DNA of 64,000 nucleotides from Mobula hypostoma (GCF_963921235.1 NC_086097.1:146198001-146262000); one strand, 5' to 3'; counted from the stretch's first letter, positions 10,836 to 24,484 are shown. The notes: a model not told the origin generated them from the sequence alone. Program-made: numbers and translations.

Positions 10836-12759
10836 ACCATTCAATTTCTTCAAGCTCTGTTCTCTACCATTCTGGTCTCTGCTCTAGTCTACAATCTTGC
10901 TTTTGGTCTCTGATATGCCTTTTGGCCTCTAAAATCTCCTTACCCTTCCCAAAGTTACCATTTCTTTCACTGATTTGTTCCCAGATGTAAATACATGGCA
11001 GGAAACCCATCCTTCAGCGTTGCTTGACTTCAAAGTAACTTCTGTTTCTCTCAACACTTAAAATATACTTAATATCTAGTCCTATGAGTGACTTAATATT
11101 ATGATACACATCACAAATCTAAATAATGCAGTAAATATTTCCAATTAAAACACTAGTCTTAAGTCTCAGTGCACAAATAGGATTGGCAGGACCTGGAGAA
11201 ACCAATTTTTCTGGGGTTCTTGACATCAGGTTAAATTATGGATCATAGAAGTCGAAGTTCTAATGGAAGCTTTAACTCCATTTTAAAACAAATCCAACGA
11301 TGCGTGTTAGTTGGTGGAAGTATAGGCTAAAGAGTGGAATATTTTGCTAATTTATTCCTTGGCTAAGATATTTTTACTTTCTAATACTAAGATAATTTGT
11401 TATTTGAAAACTGGTCTTACAAGGGTAATGATTCGAGGTGCTTTAAGAGATTTGAACAAGTTCAGATTTGCATCAACTTGTATCTGATAATGTCATAAAT
11501 ATGAACTGTGATATTTTACTCACCAATAATTTCTGCATAACTTCATCAATGACCTGCTCGCTGCACTCAAATATTTTTAATCTGCTTGGTTAAACCTCTG
11601 GGTGTTTTGATTTACTTTAGCAGGACATAAAAGAGGTTGGAGACCTCTGCCTTATTGAATGTATACTTTCTAAAAACTGGATTGACAAATATCTTGAAAA
11701 TAATAGATTTTTGTTGGGTTACACACCATGTGCACTTGGTCATGTTGTTGGAAATGGCTTGGGAAAACAGTGGAGACCACAATATCGAATATCTGACTTG
11801 TGTAATATGGGTTTTGTGTTTTAAATTGGGTGGAATGCCAGAAATTTACACACCTGAATTTAGTAAGTTTTGGTGTGATGACTGGGCAGAAAATGACTGG
11901 AATGATAAGCAATCTCTACTATCACTTTGTTTACATATTACACTACTTAATTTACTTTTATACTGAAATAAAAGTACTTGATACTCAGTGTGGACATAAC
12001 AGGCCAAAGGTCCTATTTCTATCATGTACAACTTTGCATCACCCACTCAAATATCTCCTTTAAAAGGAAGCTCAAGCTTTGAGTCTAATGGGATTGCTCT
12101 GCTGAGAGCCAGCGTGTACTTGGTGCCCTGAATTCTTTTCGTCACTGGGAACAAAATCAGTCTTAAAGGCAAAAAAATCAAAGTTGCTTTTTCTCCCAAT
12201 AAAACTAACCCAGCCTCAGACCTTCTGAAGTCACTTTAAAGATGTTGACTTGGTTTTTAACAGAGGTCCTGTTGTGATGGAAAAAATTAGTTCAGAATAC
12301 ATTTCCTTTCAACGTTTTCTTACCTTGCTAAACTTGAGAGCTTGACAGAGAGACTCCTTCCCTTTTTTAGCAGCATTGTACTCGGTGGTTGAGAGACGAA
12401 GTATTAGGTCACAGTTCTAAATGAATTGACTAATCTATGACTGAAGAGATAAATATTGAAGTATAAAATCTGATATTTCTTGGTGTCTGTATCCAATTTT
12501 CTTTCAACTCTAAAGCAACCTACGCCATGACATGGAATGCTGATCGATGTCAGTTACTATTATAGGAAGCTATTGCTCACTACTGGCTGGGCAGTATCCC
12601 ATGAGAATATACCAGGTTTAAGCTATTATATTGCAGGTCAAAGGGTGCTGGGTTTTGATAAAGTTTGCAAACTATGCTTTAAAAAGAGTAATTTGCAATC
12701 TTCACTACATGTGAAATATTTACAATTACAAATACACTGTAATATTTAAAGTTCCTTAC

Positions 12760-12970
12760 CACTGACATCCACCCCCCCCACCCGTACTTTCCTCCAATCA
12801 CTTTAAATTTTGCCCATTCATATTAACTATTTCTGCCTTGGGAGAAAAATGTTGGCTGTCCACTCTAACTATGCCTCTTCTCATCTTATACACTTCAATC
12901 AAGTCACCGCTCATCCTCCCTTGTTCCAAAGAGGAGACCCTAGTTTACTCAACCTATCCTCGTAAGACAA
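12760..12970 (-). mobile_element. CR1 3' fragment
   Basis: Similar to the CR1 3' region at 1570-1680 and 50670-50760 (tccactctaactatgcctct...tcatcctcc...ccaaagag). Confidence 0.65.
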
Positions 12971-12984
12971 TGTGGGCTCAATTT

Positions 12985-13105
12985 GATGTCAGCCCAAAAC
13001 GTCTACTGTCTGTTTCCCGCTGTAGATTCTGCCTGACCTGCTGAGTTCCACCAGCACCTTGTGTGTGTTACTCAAGATCTCTAGCATCCGCAGAACCTTG
13101 TGTCT
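12985..13105 (+). repeat. Penelope pLTR unit (degenerate)
   Basis: cccaaaacgtctactg...tagattctgcctgacctgctgagttccaccagc...cagcatccgcag. Confidence 0.65.
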
Positions 13106-14700
13106 TTGAATTGTACCATATGACTGGAGAAATCCAAAAGAATTGTGTTCTCATTTTGATTTACAACATTATTTTGAATGGCTATGATCTGACTGGAGTG
13201 AATTTGTTTTGTCAGTGATAACACAGCTATATATCTGATTTTCTTGTACCATCAATCAGCCAGTTACTTTAGGTCAAGCTTTTCATTAATTGCCTGAAGT
13301 TTGAAATTAAGATCATGATGAAATGTGCCACAAGTATCTCCTTGACTATGCAGGCTGATATCTTGATATTTCTTCCTCATCAGTTATCCTATATTCCGGT
13401 ATGTACACTAGAATTTTATTACAGTGATACGGTTGTGTGTGGGATCCATTCAGATCGCCCACCTTCCAAACATGGCAGAAATCTCAAAGGTAACAACAAA
13501 CTGCAGAAAGCTTAAAGTTAAGCTTAAAGAAAGTTTTAAAGTTAAGATGAGATTAGATGTGTCATTGCTACTCACTCCTTTTCTGAGTTATTATTATTAT
13601 TATTATTATAATTTTAGTTTTTTTCTCAGCTCAAGATGCTAAAAGCTAAGGTACGGGCATAGCCAAGCACACTCAGTTCTTAATTGCTAGGACCTTTCAG
13701 ACTATTCTAATAATATTTAGTATTGTGGCTTCTGGAGACTGCCATGAATATTGTTGTATAGGCTTACTTGTTTAATGCTTTTATGTAATGATTTTGGGAT
13801 GATACCAGTTGCAGACACTGTATTACTTCTGGGACAAGAAATACCCTGTCATTGTTCCATAGTCTTTCAATTTCCTCTTTTAATTCAGCATTTTCCTGGA
13901 GTTTTTCACTTATTGATTTCTGTATGTTATGTGTGTTTGGAATAGCTATATCTATTAAGTTGTATCTGTAATAATGGATGGGTTGTAATACAACTTGTAG
14001 GACTTGCTCTAAAATTGGATCAGGGCTATATTTTTAATAAGATATATTATCTTTTGTCAGTTTGTATTTTAAAGCAAAACTTTGGTGAATGATATTTGCC
14101 ACTTGATTATACCTGAGGAAGTAATCAGTTGAATTATTTCTGGTTTCTCTTGGCATTTTCTGCATTTATGGTCTTGAATTTGTTGGTTTTTTATTATGTA
14201 TTTTTGATATTTTTTGTGTTAACCACCTTGTTCTGTATTGCCACAAGGAACCCTTCTGTTTCTGAGATGATGATGATGATGATTATTATAAATATCTGCA
14301 AACAGTGATAACATGACAATTAATTTCAATAAATTCCAGTACTGCAGACATCACTGACAAACAATGAAAAACAGGAATTCTAGCTGATAATATTTTTATC
14401 CACACATTTGCAGTTCTGGCACACAAGCTTTTTAGATTATTGTCCTTGAACGAAAACCTCAGTTAATTTCTGTAAAGCTCCTCCTATGCTCACTGAGTTC
14501 CATAGCCAATGAATTGAGCAAACTTGTACAACCAAATCATTGGACAAATTCATATACATAGCAAAGGGATAAATAAAGATGCATAAATCAGTTTGTGATA
14601 ATGGCTGAGGAATATATTTTGAGCTTTTTTGAAACAATCACATTTCTTTTAGAGTTTTGATTTTATGATTCATCCAAAGATACTTCTTGGGTGCAATCCT

Positions 14701-14940
14701 TGTTATGTTTTGTAACTTCAGAGGCTAATTGAAAGAAAAACACAGGAGCCAGGATACTTGTCTACTTAGCTTATTTCTTCCTTTTTATTTAGTAAGGCAC
14801 TCACATGTGATGTGAGTGATGGTGCAATAATGTATGCCATTCACCTACTTCCTACATATAACCTGTAATGAATTATGCATACAAAGAATGCTTCATCAAA
14901 CAATATAGTCACATATCACTGAAATATTGAATACAAAACA
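14701..14940. mobile_element. Possible solo LTR
   Basis: Begins TGTTATG and ends ...ACA, with AATAAA on the - strand; no clean TSD. Confidence 0.3.
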
Positions 14941-15399
14941 ATCTGACATGAACAATGGTGGATTATCAGTCCCTATAGGCTTTTGGAGCTATTGGTTCTG
15001 TTACTGCAGAAAGTACTGCCCATATACCTGAGTCTACCCAATGCCAAAGACCAAAGATATAAGCACTATGCCTTTGTAATCTGGTTGAATGGTTTAATAC
15101 TTTTCCAGAAAGGAAAATGGATACCTGTAAGTGAGTTACAGACTAGAAGTTAATTAAAAGATTCAGATAGTGTTTTTTTTAATACATTAAATGATAAACA
15201 GCTGAGAGGAAAATTTGTGACAGATATGTGCCAGAAAAACTTGACATGAGTTTTCTTGAATTTGGTCTGTATTCTGTTAGGGGCCTGGTGATATGATGAT
15301 TATTTGTTGGTCCATAGGCTTCCCATCTTTGGTAAGCAACCATATCTCCAAGAAACATGAGTTTCAGTGATGCTATTGTCATTTGCTTATCAAGCCACC

Positions 15400-15640
15400 A
15401 TTAACATCGTAAAGGAGAGCAGGAAGTGAAGTGGATCCCCGCCATCAGTTTAGCTGAGAACTCATGCGCTTATTATGTCCAAAGGCTCAGCCCAGTGAGC
15501 AAGTGCCATCAGCATGCTTGGCTCGCAGGGATGTCAACAGCATGAGTTTTCCAATGACTTTTGGAAGCAGTGATTGACTCAGCCTGATGGAGCAGCCAGA
15601 CTTCCAAATCCCTATATATAGAGCAAGCTTATCCTCCTAA
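15400..15640 (+). promoter_or_regulatory. Candidate XIRP1 promoter
   Basis: CAGGAAGT (ETS-like) near 15420, AP-1 TGACTCA 15575-15581, TATA/MEF2-type CTATATATAG 15612-15621 in non-repetitive sequence. Confidence 0.5.
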
Positions 15641-15816
15641 ACATAGATCACTGAGAGAATCAGCTGTCGGCATTTTCCCTAAGCCTGAAACAGACCCAGA
15701 CATAGCTGGAGCAGGTCTCCTTCCACCTACCATTAGTACTGAGAATTCAAATCTATCAACTGGAATTCTATGTTTAAACAGCCAAAGAAGACTGAAAAGT
15801 GAAGAAAAAGATTTTG
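15640..15816 (+). other. Candidate non-coding first exon of XIRP1
   Basis: Begins about 25 bp downstream of the TATA-like box and ends at donor TTG|GTAAGC (15817); an AG lies immediately before the XIRP1 ATG at 32049. Confidence 0.4.
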
Positions 15817-15976
15817 GTAAGCTCAATACTGCTTGTGAATTTTAAGGGAACTTTCTGAAGTGGGATATCATAATGCACAAGTAAAATAGAGCATAATACA
15901 TGTAATCGATGTACTACGATGACTTGAAATTTATGATCGCGAATCAAAATTAATGATTAGGCATATTATGCCCAAA

Positions 15977-16019
15977 CAGCTGTCTAGTCATTAACATAAA
16001 TAATTAGCCCTATTTATAA
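15977..16019 (+). promoter_or_regulatory. E-box + MEF2 site pair (candidate intronic muscle enhancer)
   Basis: CAGCTG 15977-15982; CTATTTATAA 16010-16019 fits the MEF2 consensus YTA(W)4TAR. Confidence 0.4.
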
Positions 16020-19000
16020 TATTGGCATTATTGACCATTAGCTATTACATATTAGGCTGCATTGCAGAATAGTTACTTTTGTTCTCAGCCTGAGAGTAGT
16101 TTCCTCTGGCTGACTAGTGATTCAGTAAATTCTTTCTATTCTGCTGACCATAATCAGTCTGGCTAGGCATCAAACAGTTTCTGGTCAATCCACTTGAAAC
16201 ACATCTGCGGTAACAGGGCACAAGCAACAGCTTTCAATTTGGGAATTCAATTGTTTCCATATAAAGTTTTTGAAAGTTGCCTGAAGCTCAGTTTGAAATA
16301 TCTGACTTACAGTAAGTTTTAATTTGAGTATGAAATTTGGAAGGGGAGGGGGGGTGTTGTAGATCTCTCTCCTGATATTTTTCTAATGATTTTTTCTTTT
16401 TGCATACCATTTAATATCTAAAACACTTTTGTATGAACATAAGTATAATGGCATTTTACAACAAAATTATTGATGCAGAAAAGTTGTACATAACATTGGG
16501 CTTCTCACATTTGCTGAGGAACTATTATTAACAAATTGTACTTTATTTTTATTTGTATGCTGTTGAGTGCTTAAGATGAACAATCGATCTGAGCTAAATT
16601 ACACCTGCAGTACTGATCGCTTAAACGGTAGTCTACCACTTCTGTCATGAAAAATTAATTCTACAAATATTGTCATAACTGAATAGTTAAGTTCAGGAAG
16701 TTTAAAGCCTGTTTCTCTGATCTGGAAATGTTCTAATTGACAGTTGCATGATCTGTGTTGAAATTCCTCATGAATATGAAGCATATGGTTAAAGCTCTAG
16801 AGTCTTTTCTAGTTATGTCTAAGGGAGTATTACAAATAGCACAGACATCATGAATATAAGTTTATATAGTGTCTTTGCCGGCTTAACAAATTAATATGTC
16901 AATTAGTTGGACATATGACTGGTGCTACAAATAAATGTAACTTCTGCTAATTATATACTAAAACTAACAAGAAAACAAAAACATCTCATGCTGTGCATGG
17001 ATTTAAAGAAGAATAAAAGGAGGAGTCAAGGGTATATTTCAGCAAAAATAGAACATTGGGATGAGAGGTTCCAAAAGAAGCTTTTAGTAAGAGATTTCGA
17101 AGTAACTACTTAAGTCTGGATAGTGGGTGAATGGGGAAGTATATAGTGGAGTGAACTTAGAAAAGCAGACCATATTAAAGGGCTGGGGACTTTATGGTGG
17201 GATCTACAGAATGTTATTTTGAAATCAACTGGAGAGGAATTTTTCATCATAAACAGAAATTGTGTGAGGCAGAATTAATGTGAGAGATCATGTGGAATCT
17301 GGAGTTCTACAGGGTTACCAAAAGAACCGCCTGATGTAATTTGACCTGCTCTGAACAGAGAGGAATGACGAAAGGGAAGATGGAGGTGGTGTAGATGGGG
17401 AAGGGTGGGTATGTTGTTTGAAAGCAGATTCTCTGTCAGTACTGGCACAAGAATTAAAATGTGACTCATCACCTGTTTTTTAACTTTTAAATAGAAATTA
17501 ACTCAATAACTTCTTTATTCAGATTCCAGACTTAAAGCTCTTTCTCTCTACAAATATCTTGCAACTTTTCAATAGAACAAATTCCATTAGTGGCTGTATC
17601 CTTCCAGTCCCTTTCTTGTATGTCATCTATGTGTGAGTAAAGACAGGCTCTTTGACCAAGTAGGCATTAGAACTAAACATGACTGTCTGCAGCATCTAAT
17701 GACTTGTCTTGTATGTCTCATCCTGGCAGCCAATCAAAGCACCCCAGATAAGAACAACCTTGGAACCAACTAAGGGTTGACCAAACTATAGATTCTAGTC
17801 ATGTAGCCAAAGGGGCATTTGATAAAGAAGGTATAAATCCTTATTAGCTTCATTTGACGGTTTTTCATTTCATAGCAATTATAATTGCAGCAATCTGAAT
17901 CTAGGTCAGTGGAATTAGTTTACAGGAGGAATAAGAAACAGCTGAGAAAACCAATGAATAAGTCTGCCAGCAGTCATTACCATTACACTGGGCCTGTTTA
18001 CCAGTGCCTCATTTTTATGATGGAACCACTCATTTTGTCCTTTCTCACTATCCCTAGAACATTCCTCTCCCTTGTATTTCTCCAATCTGGACCCATGTGC
18101 TTTAGAGCTGATGTTCAAGAGCTCTCTCCCTAGACTTTTCATCTCCCTTACTTCTTTGACCCAGATTTGGTCACTTATGGTGTTGTCTCCTCTTTTGCTT
18201 CAATGTTAATTTTTGTAGTCCTGTGAAATTCTTGGAGATGATTCCCTCTAATTAAAATCCCAGGCAGTTGATGTTTCTTGTTCCATCAGAAGTGCATTAA
18301 TTGATAAAAGTTGACAAGATTTCAATATAATTATAACTGCCAAGAATAGGGAAAGGAAAATCATTCTGAGATCCCATATATGTTGACTTGTATATTAACA
18401 TCTGTTGATACTTGAATGTTGGTTGTAGCCATATGGCCAAATATGCCATCATTTCTATACTGTTTAGGCTCACACACAAGAATGGACACAAAGTGGGTTT
18501 AAACATGTCCATGCACCTGCCCTTCAGTATGCAAGTGGCAATATACAAGGGTGTATCATTAAGCTTTATTGAATAAAATTAAATCACTGTTATTCTTTGT
18601 ATGTTGCTGTCGGTCATGTTATATGCATACACTTTATGTGGCATATAACTACTGCCGTAGGCATGGGAAACTGGGAACTCACAATCCACTGATGCCCACA
18701 GCATCTGCACATATCCTGAATCAAATAAAGAAAATATCTATAATAATCATAGGAAGTCCCAGAGAACGAAATACTTTCAAATGCAACCTTAGTGGTAGTG
18801 TAAGAAAAATGACTGCCAATTTAAGTACAGTAAACTACCAGAAGAAGCAGGATGTTAAAACATTGAAATGATTTATTTGGTTTTAAATCTGTTCATAGGA
18901 TAAAGCCAGCATTTATGACTTATGAACCATTTCAGAAGCAATTAAAAGTCACTCACATTGTTATGTCTGGAATTTTATACAGGAATGATATCCTTTCTGC

Positions 19001-20019
19001 AGTGTTCCTTTGCTAAAGAATATTAGTGAACCATATGATTTCCTTGAATGCAATCTAGTAGTTTCATAATCACTGTCATACTTTTAATCCAGATTGGTTG
19101 CATTAATGATCTGGATCGATGGATGCACACTGGGAGGCTGCCAAAGCTATCCTTTAGACAATGCCATTGTACATTTTAGGTCTCCTGTAGAGCTGAGCTG
19201 TGCTTTCATTTAAGGTCCGATCAGTGCAGAACATCTCAAAGTGCTGCATGCCTTGGTGTGTTGCAATGTTGGCCTATAATTTGTGTGTTCAAAGCACAAT
19301 CTTTTGATCCAGTGATAATCAATGTCCTGACTCTGTCAGTATCTGCCTCCATGATATTCAATGCTAGTATTGGCACAACTCAGTAAATTAAAATGGGAGA
19401 GGGATTGGGCTACCACCTGCTGTTGGACTGCTGAGGGATTCCTAGCAAAATAGCACTGTGTGAAGAAAGGCAATGACTGTGTCAGAACCTAAATAATTAG
19501 TTCATGTTCTGAACCTGCCCTCTTGCAACAACTGAACACTACAGCTCCCTAAACAGCCAGTGTTCAGGTCATCTTCATTTAAATTCCTCTCCAGAAATAG
19601 TAACTTCACATTCCTCTAATTCCTTACAATTGGCAGAAGCCTTAATGGATATTCTTTCTGATTTATGGCCTGTTCATGTCATAGACAATAATTGATACTT
19701 GATTTAATATCTGCAGTTTTGAAGAACACCAAATAGAGTCTAGCCAGGTATTTTATAAAATTGCCTAGTTTCTGACCATAATAGGGAGCCAAGGTCAGTA
19801 AGGCAAGATTTTAAGATCTGTAATAGAGAGGTAATACAAAAAGATGTGAATATTTGATGGTAAAGATCTCAGCTCTGGGACTATGGAGTGTTCTGTTCCA
19901 TTCGGAGTGCTTCTAATTACCAGGAGAAAGACCTTTATAATATTCTGGTATGGATTTATCAATGTCAGGTATTATTCATGCCACTTAAGGGTAAGGAAAT
20001 GACTAACTTCCAGTAGAGA

Positions 20020-20715
20020 AAATCTAACAGCCCATTGATGTTCAGCAGTGTCAGCATAGTCTTTGTGAAGTGCTCACCCCTCCCTGCTGCCACCAGCAGT
20101 ATTCTGCATGTAACCATTGGCAAGAAACTTAACATAAGCAGCCACATAAGAATGATGACTCTAAAAACAGGGCTGGGCACACTGCAGCAAGCAACTGACC
20201 TCTTAAACCCCACAAAGTCTTCTTACCAATTACATGAAACAATTTAGGAGCGTGAGAGAATGCTCTCCACATAATTTCACAGCACATGAGAAGATTGACA
20301 CCATTTAGCGCAAAAGAGCCATTGGATTTATATCCTTTCTACTGCCTTAACTATTCAGTTCCTCCAGCGCTGGTGTGGATGACTATTGCTTATTGGCTCC
20401 AGCATGCATTCCAGAAACTATTTAAGGTTCCCTAAACAGGACCTCTCAAAGCCACAAACTCTTCCACAATCTCAAGGGTACATAGGGACTCTACCATCAG
20501 CAAGTTCCCCTTCAAGTCACACACCACCCTGACTTGGAGATATATTATCTTTCATTCATCACCACGAGTCTAAATCTTGGAATTCCATATCTCAAGGTTA
20601 GCTTCACCATACAGGTTATGGTGTTCAATAAGGTGTCGCACTACCACCTCTCAAAGATAATTGGAGATGGGCAGCTGATTCCAGGCTTGCCAACAAAGCC
20701 GCTGTTGCGGGAATG
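20020..20715 (+). mobile_element. Old degenerate non-LTR retrotransposon 3' region
   Basis: Homologous to an opposite-strand copy at 25190-25910 (e.g. ttcccc..aagtcacac.accaccctgacttgg vs its reverse complement near 25350-25385). Confidence 0.5.
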
Positions 20716-21379
20716 AGGGAAAAAGAACAGGGCCAAGCTTAGATTAAAGAACCACATGTGTGGTTTGGAGCCCAAGGACTAAGCTGCAAGATGAAGCCCA
20801 GTTGCAGGAAACGTGCTTGTGATGCAGCAACATACATATGCAGTGGTAACTAGTCCCATGTGGTGTGGAGGCAATAGAAGTATGAATGAAACAAACCAGT
20901 TTCAGGACCCTCATCGCCTGAAGACCCACCTATCCCAGCCAGTAGGTGTGGAGTGTTTATGTGGATCTCTGAGCTCCAAATACCCACTCCTCCCAATCCT
21001 TTTCCCTCACTTACAGTACATGATAGCCTTTATGCTAACTTACTGAGGCTGCTATGGAGCGTATCCTTTGAAGATTTGACTCACTTCCCAGGGGTCAGTG
21101 CTGGATTGATTCGACGAGCTTTGCTGTCAGCTACTGAAAGGAAACGTGCAGCTAAAATGATAACAAATAAATATGGGTTAAAATTATCCTAGCACTTTCT
21201 ATTGAGATTTTCCCAAATTAAGAGACATTTCTTCCAGTTACCTGAATTGGGTAATTTGGGTACTAGGATTAAATGTCCATCAAAAGCAGGTAAAATCCAA
21301 TTTCTAGGTAGCAGTGATCTCATGTACAAATTGCTTGCTGAAATGTCCAATAGAAATATCATTGTTCTTTATAAAGAAA

Positions 21380-21510
21380 CCCGATGCAGGGTTTCATCCT
21401 GAAACATCAACAATTCCTTTCTCCTCTACAGCCTCACAGATGCTCTTGAACCTAATGAGTTCCACAAGCAGATTGTTGCTCTAGATTCCAGCATCCACAC
21501 TCTCTTGTGT
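21380..21510 (+). repeat. Penelope pLTR unit (degenerate hammerhead core)
   Basis: ccgatgc-agggtttcatcct-GAAAcATC...cagatgctc...gctctagattccagcatc. Confidence 0.6.
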
Positions 21511-22157
21511 CACAAATTGTGTGGAGTCTAGCTATCAATTTTGCCCTACTTAGTTTTAGTGATCATACTGAAGACCTGAAAGGGGCCATGTAAATTCAAG
21601 GTCTTTCTTTCAACGGATGAAAACACTAGGTGGATCTCACGTAATTTGGTTTGGTGAATCTTTGGAGGGCAGCGTAAGGTCTCCATGCATGTCAGACATT
21701 TAGCTGCCTAGACAATAAAAGCTTAGAAAGCTTAATAATGGGATAGCAAGCTGTGATGTGATTGTGCAGCAGATCCTGTGATTATTTATTGTTAGTAACC
21801 TAAGGCCCTAAAGCCAGTTGACAGTGATGCCTATAGAGAAGGATCACTGCCTCTTCCTGCCCTTGTTCTACACAATGGATGGGCTAGCATTCCCTTTGCT
21901 TGAGGTCATTGTTAATTTAGCACTGAGGCTCTGAATTGTTGGCTGACAATTCGGAGCAGCTACATGCTGACACTGCAGCTCCCTCTTTGTGTGTATGTGT
22001 GCTTGCTCCTTTTTGGCTATCAGTTGGCTCACTAAAGACTGGAGGGACATTTCTCCAAAAGCTGTATAGGACTATGAGACACTGGCAGATGAGTAGTTCC
22101 GCTTTGACATTACTGGCCATTTTGTGAATACATGTAATATATTTACCTGGATTAAAG

Positions 22158-22280
22158 GAGGGAAATGTGAGGAATGTGTCTTCACTGTCAGTGTTCTTTA
22201 AATGATAAATAAAGAAACCTTGAAGAATTCAAAATGAAGAGCTCGGTTTCCCACTTGGAATACCAGCAATGTTGAAAAGA
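22158..22280 (+). pseudogene. Possible degenerate upstream exon of a XIRP1 LIM-type isoform
   Basis: Peptides EGNVRNVSSLS and KSSVSHLEYQQC recall N-terminal motifs of non-mammalian Xin/LIM isoforms (from memory); ends at a GTAAGT donor at 22281; contains stops. Confidence 0.3.
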
Positions 22281-22299
22281 GTAAGTAAGATTCTTACCA

Positions 22300-22600
22300 G
22301 GGTCAACAAGGTGGAAGCAAGATGGAATGGATGTTTCCCCTGACTGAGGCTTCGAGAATGACGGGTTGCAGTCTCAGAGGTGTAGCCCATTTAGGGCAGA
22401 AATGAAGAGAAATTTCACCATGCAGACAGAGTGATAAGTCTTTGGAATTTTCTACTCAGAAGAACTATGGAATTCCAGTCACCGAGTTCCCTTAAAGTAC
22501 AGGTCAATAGATTTCTGGATATTAAGGGAATTGAGAAATATAGGTACACTGCGTAAAACTGGTGTTGATATCGAAAAGAGCCCTAATCTTGTCTTATGTA
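22300..22600 (+). mobile_element. CR1 3' fragment
   Basis: gatgtttcccctg...gaaatgaagagaaatt...tttggaattttctac...atagatttctggat pattern of the CR1 3' end. Confidence 0.6.
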
Positions 22601-23379
22601 GTAATGCTTTTATATCCATAAACATTGCTAGAATGTGTAAGATGATCAAAATAAATGGGGGGCTAAGGTTTTACCTCAAGGAAGTACACTCATGACTCGG
22701 ATTGGACTTCCACTCGTAGTCTGTGGGAAATGGATTGATTCAGAGTTCAACAGGAAGAGTAAGCAGGTTTCCTGTTCCTATCTACAACAATCTTTATATT
22801 CTTTCCCGAAACAAGGAAATCCTCACAAGACCCGCCTTTTATAACCTACATGGCTGTAGGCCTCTCTCTAACTTGTAATTTCAGCTTCTATCTGATCATT
22901 TTCGCTATAAAGCACCTTAGGAAGAGATGATACTGAACTGTGGAATACTGTAAGTTGTGTAGTTGGGAGCAGAGTGGTTACATGGGAATATAGACAATGT
23001 AAGTGAGTAGACAGAACTATGGCAGGTGGTGTTTAATGTAGAAACTGTGATGTCATTCATTTTGAAACTGAGAAAGTCAAACTGAAATATTTTCTTAATG
23101 ATGAGAAACCAGCTGCCATCGAGGAGTAAAATATCTTTGGTGTCTATCTGTGAACACAGGTCACTCAGTACTCAGATCACAGTTACTAATATGCTCAGGG
23201 AATGTTGACCTGCATCTCAAAGGACTGGAATGCAACTGTGAGGAAGTTATGTCTCAGAGTAATCTTTAATTCCAAGAACCCAGTCTCAGTAAATCATGGG
23301 CATCTCTGCATGATCTTCAGTAGACCGTTCTGGGCCTTTGGAACAGAGGTCAAGAAATTAGAAATACATTAATAATGTT

Positions 23380-24276
23380 TTACTTCCCTTTACCTTCCTC
23401 CCCACTCTCCAGTTTCTGCAAGGATTACTCCCTCCATGATTTCTTTGTCTATTTATCCCTCCGCACTAATCTCCCTCCTGGCATGTAACCCTGCAAGCAG
23501 CAGAAATGCAACACCTGCCCCTTCACCTCTTCCCTCACCTCCATTCAGAACCCCAAATAATCCCTCCTGGTGAGGCCTGTGAATCTGCTGGGATCATCTA
23601 CTCCATCCTGATGTGTGGTCTCTACATTGGTGAGACTCTATATAAATTGGGGTACAGCTTTGTTGAGCACCTCAGCTCAATCCACAAAAAGCAGAATTTC
23701 CCGGTGGCCAACCATTTTAAGTCCTATCCCCGCTCCTAATCTGACCTTTTGCTTCATGGCCTCCTCTTCTGCTGTGATGAGACCACTTTCAGGGTGGAGG
23801 AACAACTCCTCATATTCCTTCTATTTGATTTCTCCTCCTAGTATTTTCTTTACTCTCCCCCTTCCTGCTTCTATTCCCTACTGACCTCCTGTCTCTTCTC
23901 CTCATCTGCCTGTCACCACCCGTTGGTGCCCCTCCTCCTTCCATTTCTCACATGGTCCACTCTTCTCTTGTATCACATTCCTTTTTCTCCAGCCCTTTGC
24001 CTTTTCCACCTATCACCTACTAGCTTCTAACTTCATCCCCACCTTCCCCACCCGTCTGGCTTCCCCTATCACCTTCTAGCTTGTCCTCCTTCTCTTCCCT
24101 TCCCCCCACATTTTTACTCTGGCATCTTACCCCTTCCATTCTAATCACGATGAAGGGACTTGGTCCAAAACATCGACAGTTTATTAATTTCCATAGGTAG
24201 TGCCTGACCTGCTGAGTTCTTCCAGTGTTTTGTGTGTGTTGCTCTAGATTTCGAGCATCTGCAGATCTCTTGTGTT
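23380..24276 (+). mobile_element. Penelope-like element (GIY-YIG + pLTR) with 15-bp TSD
   Basis: Peptide CESAGIIYSI..CGLYIGET..LGYSFVEHL..PVANHF (GIY-YIG); pLTR at 24140-24270; direct repeat TACATTAATAATGTT at 23365-23379 and 24277-24291. Confidence 0.88.
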
Positions 24277-24359
24277 TACATTAATAATGTTAGCATTTTT
24301 CGGAGCAATGCTTGTAAAAAAAAATTGAAATTTGATAATAAGGGCTTTTTCTTTTGCAG

Positions 24360-24484
24360 GTGAGGAGAGATTGTTGTATCTGAGGACACCAAAGAGAAAT
24401 AACCAGCCACTATTGGAACAAGAGGTCATCCCTGTGGGAGAAAGGTCAGCCATCTATCTGTCTAAAGCTGAAGCTGGCCCCTGA
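24360..24484 (+). pseudogene. Probable degenerate coding exon of a XIRP1 LIM-type isoform
   Basis: Strong acceptor ctttttcttttgcag; reads (G)EERLLYLRTPKRNNQPLLEQEVIPVGERSAIYLSKAEAGP*; VGERSAIYLSK resembles the V-K-E-R-x-A-x-Y motif of XIRP2/LIMA1-type proteins. Confidence 0.45.

Noticed and set aside
13589..14288. (TAT)n and (GAT)n tracts at about 13589-13610 and 14266-14288
   Set aside because: Ordinary short microsatellites
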